A stretch of DNA of 9,315 nt from Octopus sinensis (taxonomy: Eukaryota). The stretch lies in the NCBI RefSeq assembly GCF_006345805.1, contig NW_021827947.1, forward strand, positions 1-9,315. The letters are read 5' to 3'. Under the pieces are notes generated by a model. The model did not search any database. It was not told the DNA's origin and saw only the letters and a list, made by a program, of their open reading frames with translations. Shown one piece after another: positions 1 through 8,804 of the stretch. Positions within the stretch are counted from its first letter, which is position 1, and the number at the start of each line of letters is the position of its first letter. A program made the position numbers and the translations under genes.

Positions 1-66
1 CGCAAGTGGTACTGAACCCGAATCAATGTGGCTAGGAAGCAACCTTTTTACTACACAGCCTCCCCT
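1..66 (-). mobile_element. tRNA-derived SINE, 5' head only (cut by window edge), diverged copy
   Basis: Aligns by eye to the head ends of the copies ending at 3685 and 8523 (actgaaccc...atgtgg...aagcaa...acacagcc). Confidence 0.8.
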
Positions 67-68
67 CC

Positions 69-196
69 ATATGTGTGTGTATATTATATATATATACATA
101 CATATATACATATATATATATACATACATATATATATATATATATACATACATATATATAATTTAATAATCCAAACGGGAAACAAAAAAACAACAC

Positions 197-256
<60 letters not shown>
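69..256. repeat. Interrupted (TA)n/(TACA)n microsatellite
   Basis: Directly visible; short non-repetitive interruption at ~160-197. Confidence 0.95.
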
Positions 257-886
257 TCTTCCTCTTGCCTCTCCTCCCCCATTCCCGTCATCATCTGCGA
301 CGATACTTCCGTCGTAACTGCTATCCTGTCCTTTCTCGCCCCCTTGCAAGGCTTCTGGTTGACAAAATTTCCCTCTCTGTCTTCCACGATAATCCAGCGT
401 TTACAATACTTTTTTCGTCTGGCGTTAACAGCCCTTCTTATCTTGTTCTCCTTGTCTTGTCTCTCACTGTTATATATTTATTTTTCCACTGTTTATATAT
501 ATATTTTTACTGTTTATATGTTTGTACTGTCGTTACTGTCTTGCTTTTTTTACCCCTCTGCGAAAAGATCTCAGAATTTTAATTGATTTGCTTTTCGCGG
601 GAAGAATTTTTCTTCGAAGTATACGTCTCGCTTTTATCTTCGAAACGTTTAGTAGATGAAATCTTAGCGACTGAAGAAGGGGATTTTTCGTTGTGCTTAT
701 CGTCCTGTATCTCTCCCTTTTTTTTGCTTGTCTTGTTCCTTGGTTTGTGTCTATGTGTTTCGTCTCTCTATGTGTTCGACGTCTTTTTGGTGTCCTGTAC
801 ACATATATGCGTGTATATGTACATGTAGAGGTAGGTACGTACATATATGTTTATATATATGCATATATTCTATTTTATTACATATT
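257..886 (+). repeat. Copy 1 of a direct duplication (partner 1110-1743), possibly a PLE pseudo-LTR-like unit
   Basis: Colinear near-identity with 1110-1743 from tcttcctcttgc to gcatatattctattt; offset ~853 bp; contains hammerhead-like modules at 601-684. Confidence 0.92.
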
Positions 887-1743
887 ATACGATTAAACGC
901 ACGCACCCTACTAAGTAGATGTTCTGTTTATCAAGTTAGCCTTGCTATTAACTCTCACGCGAACTCTGCATCTTTCTTTCTTCCTCTTCCCATTTTTTTC
1001 GTCTTTTTTCCCTCACTTAACTTGTCTCTTCCTCTCTCTCTCATTCTTCTTCTCTCTCTCCCTTTCACCATTCTTCATGGTCTCCTCGCACCATTCCCTT
1101 CTTCTTCTCTCTTCCTCTTGCTCCTCCTCCCCCATTCCGTCATCCATCTGCGACGATACTTCCGTCGTAACTGCTATCCTGTCCTTTCTCGCCCGCCTTG
1201 CAAGGCTTCTGGTTGACAAAATTTCCCTCTGTCTTCCACGATAATCCAGCGGTTACAATACTTTTTTCGTCTGCGTTAACAGCCCTTCTTATCTTGTTCT
1301 CCTTGTCTTGTCTCTCACTGTTATATATTTATTTTTCCACTGTTTATATATATATATTTTAATGTTTATATGTTTGTACTGTCGTTACTGTCTGCTTTTT
1401 TTACCCCTCTGCAAAAGATCTCAGAATTTTAATTGATTTGCTTTTCGATGGTTCTTCTTCGCAGGTTTGTCTTCGAAGTAGTCTCGCTTTATCCTTCGAA
1501 ACGTTAGTAGATGAAATCTTAGCGACTGAAGAAGGGGATTTTTCGTTGTGCTATCGTCATGTATCTCTCCCTTTTTTTTGCTTGTCTTGTTCTTGGTTTG
1601 TGTCTATGTGTTTCGTCTCTCTATGTGTTCGACGTCTTTTTGTTGTGTGTCCTGTAACACATATATGCGTGTATATGTACATGTAGAGGTAGTACGTACA
1701 TATATGTTATATATATGCATATATTCTATTTATTAACATATAT
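887..1743 (+). repeat. Longer unit of the partial tandem: unique 887-1109 segment plus copy 2 (1110-1743)
   Basis: 1110-1743 matches 257-886, differing mostly by 1-bp indels. Including 887-1109 in the unit is an inference. Confidence 0.8.
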
Positions 1744-1802
1744 ATATATACTAATCATATAGATATACATACTATATATACAATATATTATACATATATA
1801 TG

Positions 1803-1890
<88 letters not shown>

Positions 1891-1920
1891 ATATATATAT
1901 AATATAATATAATATAATAT
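1737..1920. repeat. (TA)n microsatellite grading into (TAATA)n
   Basis: Directly visible. Confidence 0.95.
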
Positions 1921-2237
1921 AATTCGAGACAAAACCACTACTTTGCAAACAACAAGGAAAGACTTAATCAATACATAAAAATTTTTAATATAAAGAAATA
2001 AACCGCCACTACAATCTTTTCATGTCTTCAAAGACATTCGTCCGGTGGATGGATTTCGATCTCCTAATCTGTTTTAATTTATTCTTTATATTAAAAATTT
2101 TTATGTATTGATTAAGTCTTTCCTTGTTTGTTTTGCAAGTAGTGGTTTGTCTCGAATTATATTATATATATTTTACTATAAAATTGGATTAATCCTAAAT
2201 CTGATTTTTCCCTGTAAATTTGGATTTATTCCCTAAT
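1912..2237. mobile_element. Fold-back non-coding element: inverted arms 1912-2002 / 2078-2167, right arm extending to ...GGATTTATTCCCTAAT (2237), hammerhead-like motif in the loop
   Basis: aattcgagacaaaaccactac...gacttaatcaatacataaaaatttttaatataaag is the reverse complement of ctttatattaaaaatttttatgtattgattaagtc...gtagtggtttgtctcgaatt. Flanked by (TA)n on both sides; a related arm occurs at 7052-7230. Confidence 0.85.
2006..2048 (-). ncRNA. Minimal type I hammerhead ribozyme, degenerate (U4>G; position 15.2 is A instead of C)
   Basis: Minus strand reads CCAC-CGGACGA-AUGUCU(UUGA)AGACAU-GAAA-AGAUUG-UA-GUGG: 4-bp stem I, perfect 6-bp stem II, GAAA and a GUA triplet in canonical order. Confidence 0.7.
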
Positions 2238-2239
2238 AT

Positions 2240-2240
2240 T

Positions 2241-2293
<53 letters not shown>

Positions 2294-2294
2294 A
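2240..2294. repeat. (TA)n microsatellite
   Basis: Directly visible. Confidence 0.95.
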
Positions 2295-2628
2295 ACGGAA
2301 TAGTTTTGGGTGAAGTATTGTGTGGTATAACTTTAAGAGATTTCTTGTATAAGGCCGTAATAATCCGAAAAGGTACAAAGCAAACTACAAAAGGAAAACA
2401 AAACAAAGTTGCAAAACAAAGCGAAGGAATGGAAAAGCCTTTGCTCATCTGAGCAACGACTTTTCATCCAACACTTTCGCCAAATGTCCTGAAGAAGGGG
2501 TTATAACCCCAAGATATAGAAATAAAAGGTAAAACTGCGACTTTGTATTCTTTACTCTCCCTTTTCCTTTTGTAGTTTGCTTTGTACCTTCTCGCATTGT
2601 TCCGACTTTACTCAACAAACTTCTTTAA
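2295..2628. mobile_element. Second inverted-repeat element with a decayed hammerhead-like motif in its loop
   Basis: Perfect 29-bp inverted repeat 2370-2398 / 2562-2590 (aaggtacaaagcaaactacaaaaggaaaa), with weaker extension outward and inward (2401-2413 / 2536-2548). Lies between TA-rich microsatellites; outer boundaries are approximate. Confidence 0.65.
2484..2523 (+). ncRNA. Decayed minimal hammerhead-like motif
   Basis: AUGUC-CUGAAGA-A-GGGGUUAUAACCCC-AAGA-UAUA-GAAAU: intact CUGANGA and palindromic stem II. The GAAA position reads AAGA and the stem I partner (expected GACAU) has one mismatch. Confidence 0.45.
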
Positions 2629-2780
2629 TATATATGTGTGTGTATATACACGCGTACGTGTCTGTCTGTCTCTATGCATACATGTATGGATCTATGCATA
2701 CATCTATTGATGTATGCATGTGTGTGCCTGTATCTATATGTGTGTATGTGTGTGTGTGTTTGTGTGTGTGTGTGCATATA
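2629..2780. repeat. Degenerate (TG)n/(TATG)n microsatellite
   Basis: Directly visible. Confidence 0.9.
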
Positions 2781-2869
2781 CTACTGTGTATTTTGCTTTT
2801 AATACATTTCAGTTTGCAGAGCTTGTCTTTCCTTAAAGTTCTTTATAACAAGGCACCATATTTACTGCT

Positions 2870-4585
2870 TATTTTTTTAATAACTGCTTTCTTTGCGTAT
2901 TCATTGATGCTGAGTAACTGAGTCTGAGTATTTATAAATTGGAAATACTTTAAACTTTGTAAGTTCATTCCTATATATATATATATATATATATATCTCA
3001 CTACATGTCCACTTGACGGAATTTTTCTGTTTTTATTATTATTTATTTGCTATCGTCGTACTGTTATACTTTTGCGCAGTAACAGCATGGTTGGTTGGAT
3101 ATAGGTTTCCAGACATCAACGTGTTGTCATGATGATCTCTTATTTTAAAAGTTTGTCCAACTTTGATCTTCAACTGCCTTTGGTGAAATGTGACACAATG
3201 TTGTCTTTTGTAACAATGATATTGTTACTAACTTCTGTATTGGATTATTTTTCCAAAGTCGTAGGTTATGTTTTTAATGACTTTACTCTTTTTACTTGTT
3301 TCAGTTATTTGACTGTGGCCATGCTGGAGCTCTACCTTTAGTCGAGCAAATCGATCCCAGGACTTATTCTTTCTAAGCCTAGTACTTATTCTATCGGTCA
3401 CTTTTGCCGAACCGCTAAGTTACGGGGACGTAAACACACCAGCATCGGTTGTCAAGCGATGTTGGGAGGACAAACACAGACACACAAACACATACACACA
3501 CATACATATATATACATATATACGACGGGCTTCTTTCAGTTTCCATCTACCAAATCCACTCACAAGGCTTTGGTCGGCCCGAGGCTATAGTAGAAGACGC
3601 CTGCCCAAGGTGCCACGTAGTGGGACTGAACCTGGAACCATGTGGTCGGTAAGCAAGCTACTTACCATACAGCAACTCCTACGCCTATTGTTGATTTTTT
3701 TCCAGAAATTTTTCTGTTTTTTATTTTATTGTCTTATATGAATTTTCTCTTTGTAGGGTTTTACAAATATGGTCAAACATTTCAGAATTTCAAGGGTTAA
3801 ATTCTGAAACAGACATCAAAACATTTTTCTGTTGTACTTTTTATTCTCCTTAGATCTTGAAAGCTTACTTTTTGCTCTTACTATGCCATTTCTAATTAGA
3901 CTTATTGGAAACGCTCTTTGAATAAATATTTTTCAGTTTGGCTATACATTGATCACATTTTGCTGGATATAATACTATTGTGAAAATTTGTTTTACTAGG
4001 TTTAATGGAGCGTTTGTTCTTGTATGTTAATGATAACAAGATGTGAAAAAATGACATCTCTTTGAATCGTGGGTTTAGAGTAGTTGTGTGCTTCTATCTG
4101 CTCACCTATTTTCCTGATTAAAATATAAAAACAGCAATGGTTAAATTCCATTATGAATTTAAAATTACAATTAATTGATGACTTTTCAACTATGGAGATT
4201 ATCCTGTCTTAAAGTGAAGCTGTCAGTCATCTAGGTATATTTTCAATACATCTTTTAATTGTGTGTAAAATGTGCTTTTAAATATTTGTAAAGATTCATC
4301 ATAAATTGTCCTTTTGTGGTTGCCCATCACTTAATTGACTTAAGTGGGGGCTACTTTAATACCCTTCACAGTCCTTGACTTTAGGTAGAAAACGCTGAGT
4401 CATTGTTTTTCAATATGAACCTCGGTGTTCGGTCTAAAAACAAAAATGTTGATTTGTTCATGTTTGGCTTTAATTAATCCGCTCCTCTATTTTGAGTTTG
4501 GTTTATCGAATCGAATCTGCGTTGTATTGTAAATATTAATATTTTGTTCAAAGTAGTTCCTGGAATCAGTGTGTTAAAATATTGG
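2870..4585 (-). mobile_element. Decayed Penelope-like retroelement ORF (RT + thumb + GIY-YIG endonuclease region), many stops/frameshifts, interrupted by a SINE and a (TA)n tract
   Basis: Manual minus-strand translation gives colinear PLE motifs: FILKNN; GIKVAPT*VN*VMG (~4364-4323); KIYLDD (YLDD at 4237-4226); FKFIMEF...ILIRKIGEQIEAHNYSKPT; FTSCYH*HTRTNAPLNLVKQIFTIV; FPISLIRNGIVRAK; VSEFNP*NSEMF (~3810-3775); KVGQTFKIR; LRKSITVRR*QIN...IPSSGHV (~3080-3005); FKVFPIYKYSDSVTQHQ*IRKE (~2955-2888). The GIY/YIG words themselves are not preserved; upstream boundary uncertain. Confidence 0.85.
3281..3685 (-). mobile_element. Full-length tRNA-derived CORE-type SINE (Octopus-like family)
   Basis: Minus strand begins GGCGTAGGAGTTGCTGTATGG (A box), has B box GGTTCAGTCCC, CORE-like ACCTTGGGCA, an internal TA/TG tract and a 3' tail GAAACAAGTAAAAAGAGTAAAG. 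Highly similar to copies at 6827-7645 and 8127-8523. Confidence 0.93.
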
Positions 4586-4590
4586 CTTGA

Positions 4591-4680
4591 TATACGAGGG
4601 GTGTTTGAGCCTCAAAAAAGACAAAACAAAACATGGTACAAGACTTCAAGGCTCAAAACGTTTCATACACCTCTCGTATA
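4591..4680. mobile_element. Miniature Tc1/mariner-type relic (MITE-like) with TA flanks
   Basis: TA-TACGAGGGGTGT (4593-4604) ... ACACCTCTCGTA (4667-4678)-TA: 11/12 terminal inverted repeat. TACGAGGG starts are typical of mariner TIRs. Additional inner IR tttgagcct / aggctcaaa. Confidence 0.75.
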
Positions 4681-4745
4681 CCAATTTGAGTTTACCAGAA
4701 TGCATTGATAAACAACTTTATCGTTTATCTTTGTATATTTATACA

Positions 4746-4787
4746 TGCACACACGCGCATACACACACACGCACACACATACACACA
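4746..4787. repeat. Imperfect (CA)n microsatellite
   Basis: Directly visible. Confidence 0.9.
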
Positions 4788-4856
4788 TGAAGCAAAAAAA
4801 AATAACAGACAGCCACGGCTGAGAAATATAAATATGAAAGTTCCAGAAATATAAGA

Positions 4857-5676
4857 TTTATTTTCCATGAGGAGTGTGCAGTGTAACATTTTCTGTCATG
4901 CCTTTCGCTCGGGAAGGGAGAAAGGAGGCAAAGGTGGGCGTGCTGTTACTTAAGCTGGACGAATATGAATGAGGAAGTAACAAAATATGAAGCAGTGTTA
5001 TGGAAAATAAGAGGGATGACCTAGAAAGAGGGAAAGAGAGAGTGATGGGGAGAGAGTGAGAGAGGATTTCTTTATTCACCGTAAGGTTGAGACGAAACGA
5101 GTAGACGATACGAGGACAGACAAAACAAACATTAGGGTCAGGGTATCGAATGAGACGAAACGTATGAATAAACAATCAATTAAAATATATACAATTAAAT
5201 GAGAATGAGTGATTAACAAAAAACGAAGCGGAGGTCGCGGTTGACCTCACAAACCACATACTCACACTGAAGACTTTGCTTTCTCCTTTTTATATTCTCG
5301 TTTAAACAGGTTCTTTCACTCGCAACATACTTGCTATAGACTTCCATCTTTTACGAAACACACTTTGCGACAGGCATTTCTTCTCCAGCCTTATTTTCCG
5401 TTTCATGTGGAAAGCGAAAAAGTCGATTAGCTCGAGACTGGAGATAAACATGCCTGTTGCAATTCCTTTCACTCTCGTCTTCCACACTACTTCTTTCGCC
5501 ACAGCAACTACCGAGAGAAAACAGGCTCGCTCTTCCCTATTCAGGATGGTCGGCGGAACTATCTTAACTACAGATTCGCTCGACAGTTGTACTCTTCTCG
5601 AATGCGACAGCAGGTGTTCGACATAAGCCCAAAGCTCAGTCACCTTGGGGCATTGCACAATCGCGTGCAGGACAGC
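4857..5676 (-). mobile_element. 5'-truncated L1/Tx1-type LINE 3' end: ORF2 C-terminus plus pyrimidine-rich 3' UTR
   Basis: Frame reads AVLHAIVQCPKVTELWAYVEHLL...AKEVVWKTR...FRKRW to a stop at 5302. HxxxxC...W is the second half of the zf-RVT motif and (I/V)WxxR is typical of L1/Tx1 ORF2 ends. Minus-strand AATAAA at 4862-4857 marks the probable 3' end. Confidence 0.8.
5302..5676 (-). pseudogene. Open C-terminal fragment of L1/Tx1-type ORF2 (no true start)
   Basis: ORF track 5302..5658 extended upstream in frame to AVLHAI; begins in the middle of the zinc-finger motif. Confidence 0.75.
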
Positions 5677-6099
5677 ATTAGAGTGATTGAATCAGGAACC
5701 AGAGATGCGAAGTGAACAAAGACGCAGTAAGAAATTGATGAAGTTTGTAAGTGTTGACATATGTGGTTGCTTTAAGGATTGGAAAAAGACTGACATTTCA
5801 AACAGACTGCTTTCAGATGATGTGACCAAGTAATGCCAAGTCCATACGAAAGTGGTGAAGAGGTGTGAAGAGAGAATAGAAGAGGAGGTAATAACAGTCA
5901 AAAACTGAGAGGGGAAATCAGAAAGAGCGAATGTCTTACACAGAAACAAATAGAAACGAGCTAAAGAGTTTAACTGGGAAGAAGAGCATGATAAACAGTG
6001 GAAACAAGAAACAGCGAGAGAGCAATCACTTCAAAGTATAACTATACACATATTTATCTCATGAGAATCTATGTACAAAAACTGATTAGATTCTCTTCC

Positions 6100-6430
6100 C
6101 CACTAACATTCTGTCTATCGATCTAAAGTTTTCAACAAAATATGGCCGCCAACATCTTCCTCGCAACGATCGGCCAAACACAACCGACCAACAGTTCTTC
6201 TCGAGTGTTCACACATCTCCATTTTAATGGAGACAAGAATATATGCCAAAAGGTTCCTCACACCAGTTGCTTATTCTTCTAAGTGGCTCGGCCTCTCCAC
6301 TGACTGTTGCGTTTGCCTATATTTTGGTTAAAATTACTCTTGCATATGCCAAACGAAGTTTTATCTTCAGCTTTGAAATCTCTGCTCCACAGGCTATGCA
6401 GATACGCCTCAACTTCCTATGATTAAGCCC
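6100..6430 (+). mobile_element. Heavily decayed non-LTR (L1/Tx1-like) reverse transcriptase fragment
   Basis: Frameshifted motifs in expected order: NILSIDLK/FNKI, IGQTQ, ILMETRIYAKRFLTPVAY, then GYAD at 6392-6403 (TAT GCA GAT AC GCC is one base short of YADDA). The spacing implies an internal deletion. Confidence 0.45.
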
Positions 6431-6557
6431 TCCTCATAAATTCCCTACTAAGATCCTCTTTGGTTTTATTATTTTAATGAAGTATATTCTATGCGAGTGT
6501 GTAAATAGCCACATAACGATGGGTGGGTATAATTTTGCTGTGTTCACGTCAGCATCT

Positions 6558-6561
6558 GTAT

Positions 6562-6597
<36 letters not shown>

Positions 6598-6692
6598 CTG
6601 TTCGTATATGAGCGTGTGTCAGTATGCATGTTTACGTATGTGTGTATTTATGTACGTCGGTATGTATGAGTGTATATATGTATGCGTGTATA
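6558..6692. repeat. (TACA)n/(TA)n followed by degenerate (TATG)n
   Basis: Directly visible. Confidence 0.88.
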
Positions 6693-6826
6693 TAATTTTA
6701 AAATGTTAGAGACTTTCTAAGGTTCCATCTACGAGATTTTCTTCAGAAAATTTTGTGTGAAACACTTTGATTAAAAGTATTAGTACTTCTGTAAAAGCAA
6801 GAAATGAATTTTATATATATATATAT

Positions 6827-7270
6827 TGGCTGTGTGGCAAGTAGCTTGCTTACCGACCACATGGTTCTGGGTTCAGTCCCACTGCGTGGCACCTTGGGCA
6901 AGTGTTTTCTACTATTAGCCTCGGGCCGACCAAAGCCTTTGTGAGAGGATTTGTAGACGGAAACTGAAAGAAGCCCGTTGTATATATGTATTATATATAT
7001 ATATATATAATATATATAATATATAATATATATATATATATTAATAATAATATTAGGGAATAAATCCAAACTTACAGGGAAAAATGAGATTTAGGATTAA
7101 ATCCAATTTTATAGTATAAATATATATTTATATTATATTAGTGATAAAACCACTATTAGGCAAATCAAACAGTGAAAAACATAAGCCAATACATAAATTT
7201 AATTTAAAAATATAAAAGTTAAAAATAAAGAATTATTAAATATTTAAACTTATAAATTTTATATATATAT

Positions 7271-7318
<48 letters not shown>

Positions 7319-7645
7319 ATTTTTATATTTATATTAGTTTTATTTATTAATTAATTAATTTTTTTTTATTTATTTTTTTATTTTATATATCAAAAGTATT
7401 AAAAGTTTGTGTGTGTGTGTATATGTTTGTGTGTCTGTGTTTGTCCCTCCCCAACATTACTTGACAACCGATGCTGGTGTGTTTACGTCCCCGTAACTTA
7501 GCGGTTCGGCAAAAGAGACCGATAGAATAAGTACTAGGCTTAGAAAGAATAAGTCCTAGGGTCGATTTGCTCGATTAAAGGCGGTGCTCCAGCATTGCCA
7601 CAGTCAAATGACTGAAACAAGTAAAAAAAAAAGAGAGGAAAAGAG
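6827..7645 (+). mobile_element. tRNA-derived CORE-type SINE, split by ~415 bp in its internal microsatellite (head 6827-~6990, tail ~7406-7645)
   Basis: A box TGGCTGTGTGG (6827-6837), B box GGTTCAGTCCC (6870-6880), ACCTTGGGCAAGT (6891-6903). The 3' half resumes at tttgtgtgtctgtgtttgtcc and ends gactgaaacaagtaaaa...aaaagag. Confidence 0.9.
7052..7230 (+). mobile_element. Single arm of the fold-back family seen at 1912-2237 (diverged subfamily), inserted in the SINE's TA tract
   Basis: attagggaataaatccaaacttacagggaaaaatgagatttaggattaaatccaattttatagta... matches the reverse complement of 2170-2237, and similarity continues through aaaaccacta...caatacataaa. Confidence 0.85.
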
Positions 7646-7665
7646 TATATATGTATATAAAGTTG

Positions 7666-7844
<179 letters not shown>

Positions 7845-8126
7845 TTGGGAGTTAAGTCTAGGTAGATAAAAAGGAAGTCTCAGAAGAGGACCGAAGAACA
7901 TATAGTATTTTGTCTTAATACATGATGTAAATAGGTCCAGAGAATATAAAGCAAAGTTAACAATGGAAAATTGGTATATCAATTATTTATCTATTTATTT
8001 TTATATCTCTAAAATCCATAAAATATAGACATTAATAAATAGATAAAATAATTAGACACATATTCTTTTTGGGGTTTGGTTTGCAAGATTCTTTATATGA
8101 GTTCGTGTGTTGAAGCATATTCTGTT

Positions 8127-8523
8127 ACTCTTTTACTCTTTTACTTGTTTCAGTCATTTGACTGCGGCCATGCTGGAGCACCGCCTTTAATCGAGCAACT
8201 CGACCCCGGGACTTATTCTTTTGTAAGCCCAGTACTTATTCTATCGGTCTCTTTTGCCGAACCGCTAAGTAAAGGGAAGGAACATAAACACACCAGCCAT
8301 CGGTTGTCAAGCAATGCGAGGGGGACAAACAACAGACACACAAACACACACATGCATAGATATATACATTACATATATACGACGCGGCTTCTTTTCAGTT
8401 TCCGTCTACCAAATCCACACAAGGCTTTGGTCGGCCCGAGGCTATAGTAGAAGACACTTACCCAAGGTGCCAGCAGTGGGACTGAACCTGGAACCATGTG
8501 GTTCGTAAGCAAGCTACTTACCA
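8127..8523 (-). mobile_element. tRNA-derived CORE-type SINE lacking the first ~18 nt, flanked by CTGTT direct repeats
   Basis: Colinear with 3281-3685; tail (ACTCTTTT)n from 8127; CTGTT at 8122-8126 and 8528-8532. Confidence 0.92.
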
Positions 8524-8527
8524 GTAG

Positions 8528-8804
8528 CTGTTGTGTCTGGGGAGAGTCATTTTCTTTTTGTGCCTTATTATGTAACACACTCGCCGGTAAAATTTCCACT
8601 TTTTTCTTATTTTTATTGCCTTAAAATTTTCGTGGCATCTTGCAACCTTTTCAATAGTTTTAACTCTCAAAAACTATTGAAAAGTTTGCAAAACGCAACG
8701 AAAATTTTAGGACAATAAAAATAAGAAAAAGGTGGAAATTTTACCGGTGTGTGTGTTACATAATAAGGCACAAAAAGAAAATGACTCTACCCAGATACAA
8801 TCAG
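8528..8804. repeat. Long fold-back: ~134-bp imperfect inverted arms (8528-8661 / 8670-8804) with an 8-nt spacer
   Basis: agagtcattttctttttgtgccttattatgtaacacac is the exact reverse complement of gtgtgttacataataaggcacaaaaagaaaatgactct; pairing continues with scattered mismatches to ttttcaatagtttt / aaaactattgaaaa. Confidence 0.95.

Noticed and set aside
28-1736. Many overlapping ORFs of 62-162 aa
   Set aside because: Low-complexity translations of microsatellite and pyrimidine-rich repeat sequence; frames are not conserved between the two duplicate copies.
3690-4010. Several polypyrimidine-AG splice-acceptor-like sites suggesting host exons on the plus strand
   Set aside because: Explained as the antisense of the A-rich PLE coding strand; no coherent exon frame or donor sites.
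5088-5162. 12-bp direct repeat TGAGACGAAACG (5088 and 5151)
   Set aside because: Only two copies, inside a LINE 3' UTR; not a CRISPR-like array and no function can be supported.
5266-5272. CTGAAGA hammerhead core word
   Set aside because: No stem II hairpin or GAAA follows; chance match. The same applies to the minus-strand match at 6364-6370.
5690-6030. Purine-rich stretch that looks coding on the plus strand
   Set aside because: Multiple stops and only a weak RT domain-0-like resemblance; not assignable as a feature.
6827-6885. Possible tRNA gene
   Set aside because: A and B boxes are present, but the sequence continues into the SINE body in every copy and the 5' acceptor-stem strand is missing; it is a SINE head.
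8528-8804. Classical DNA-transposon MITE or miRNA precursor
   Set aside because: No recognisable superfamily TIR/TSD, arms extend beyond the apparent ends into a hammerhead motif, and the stem is much longer than a pre-miRNA.
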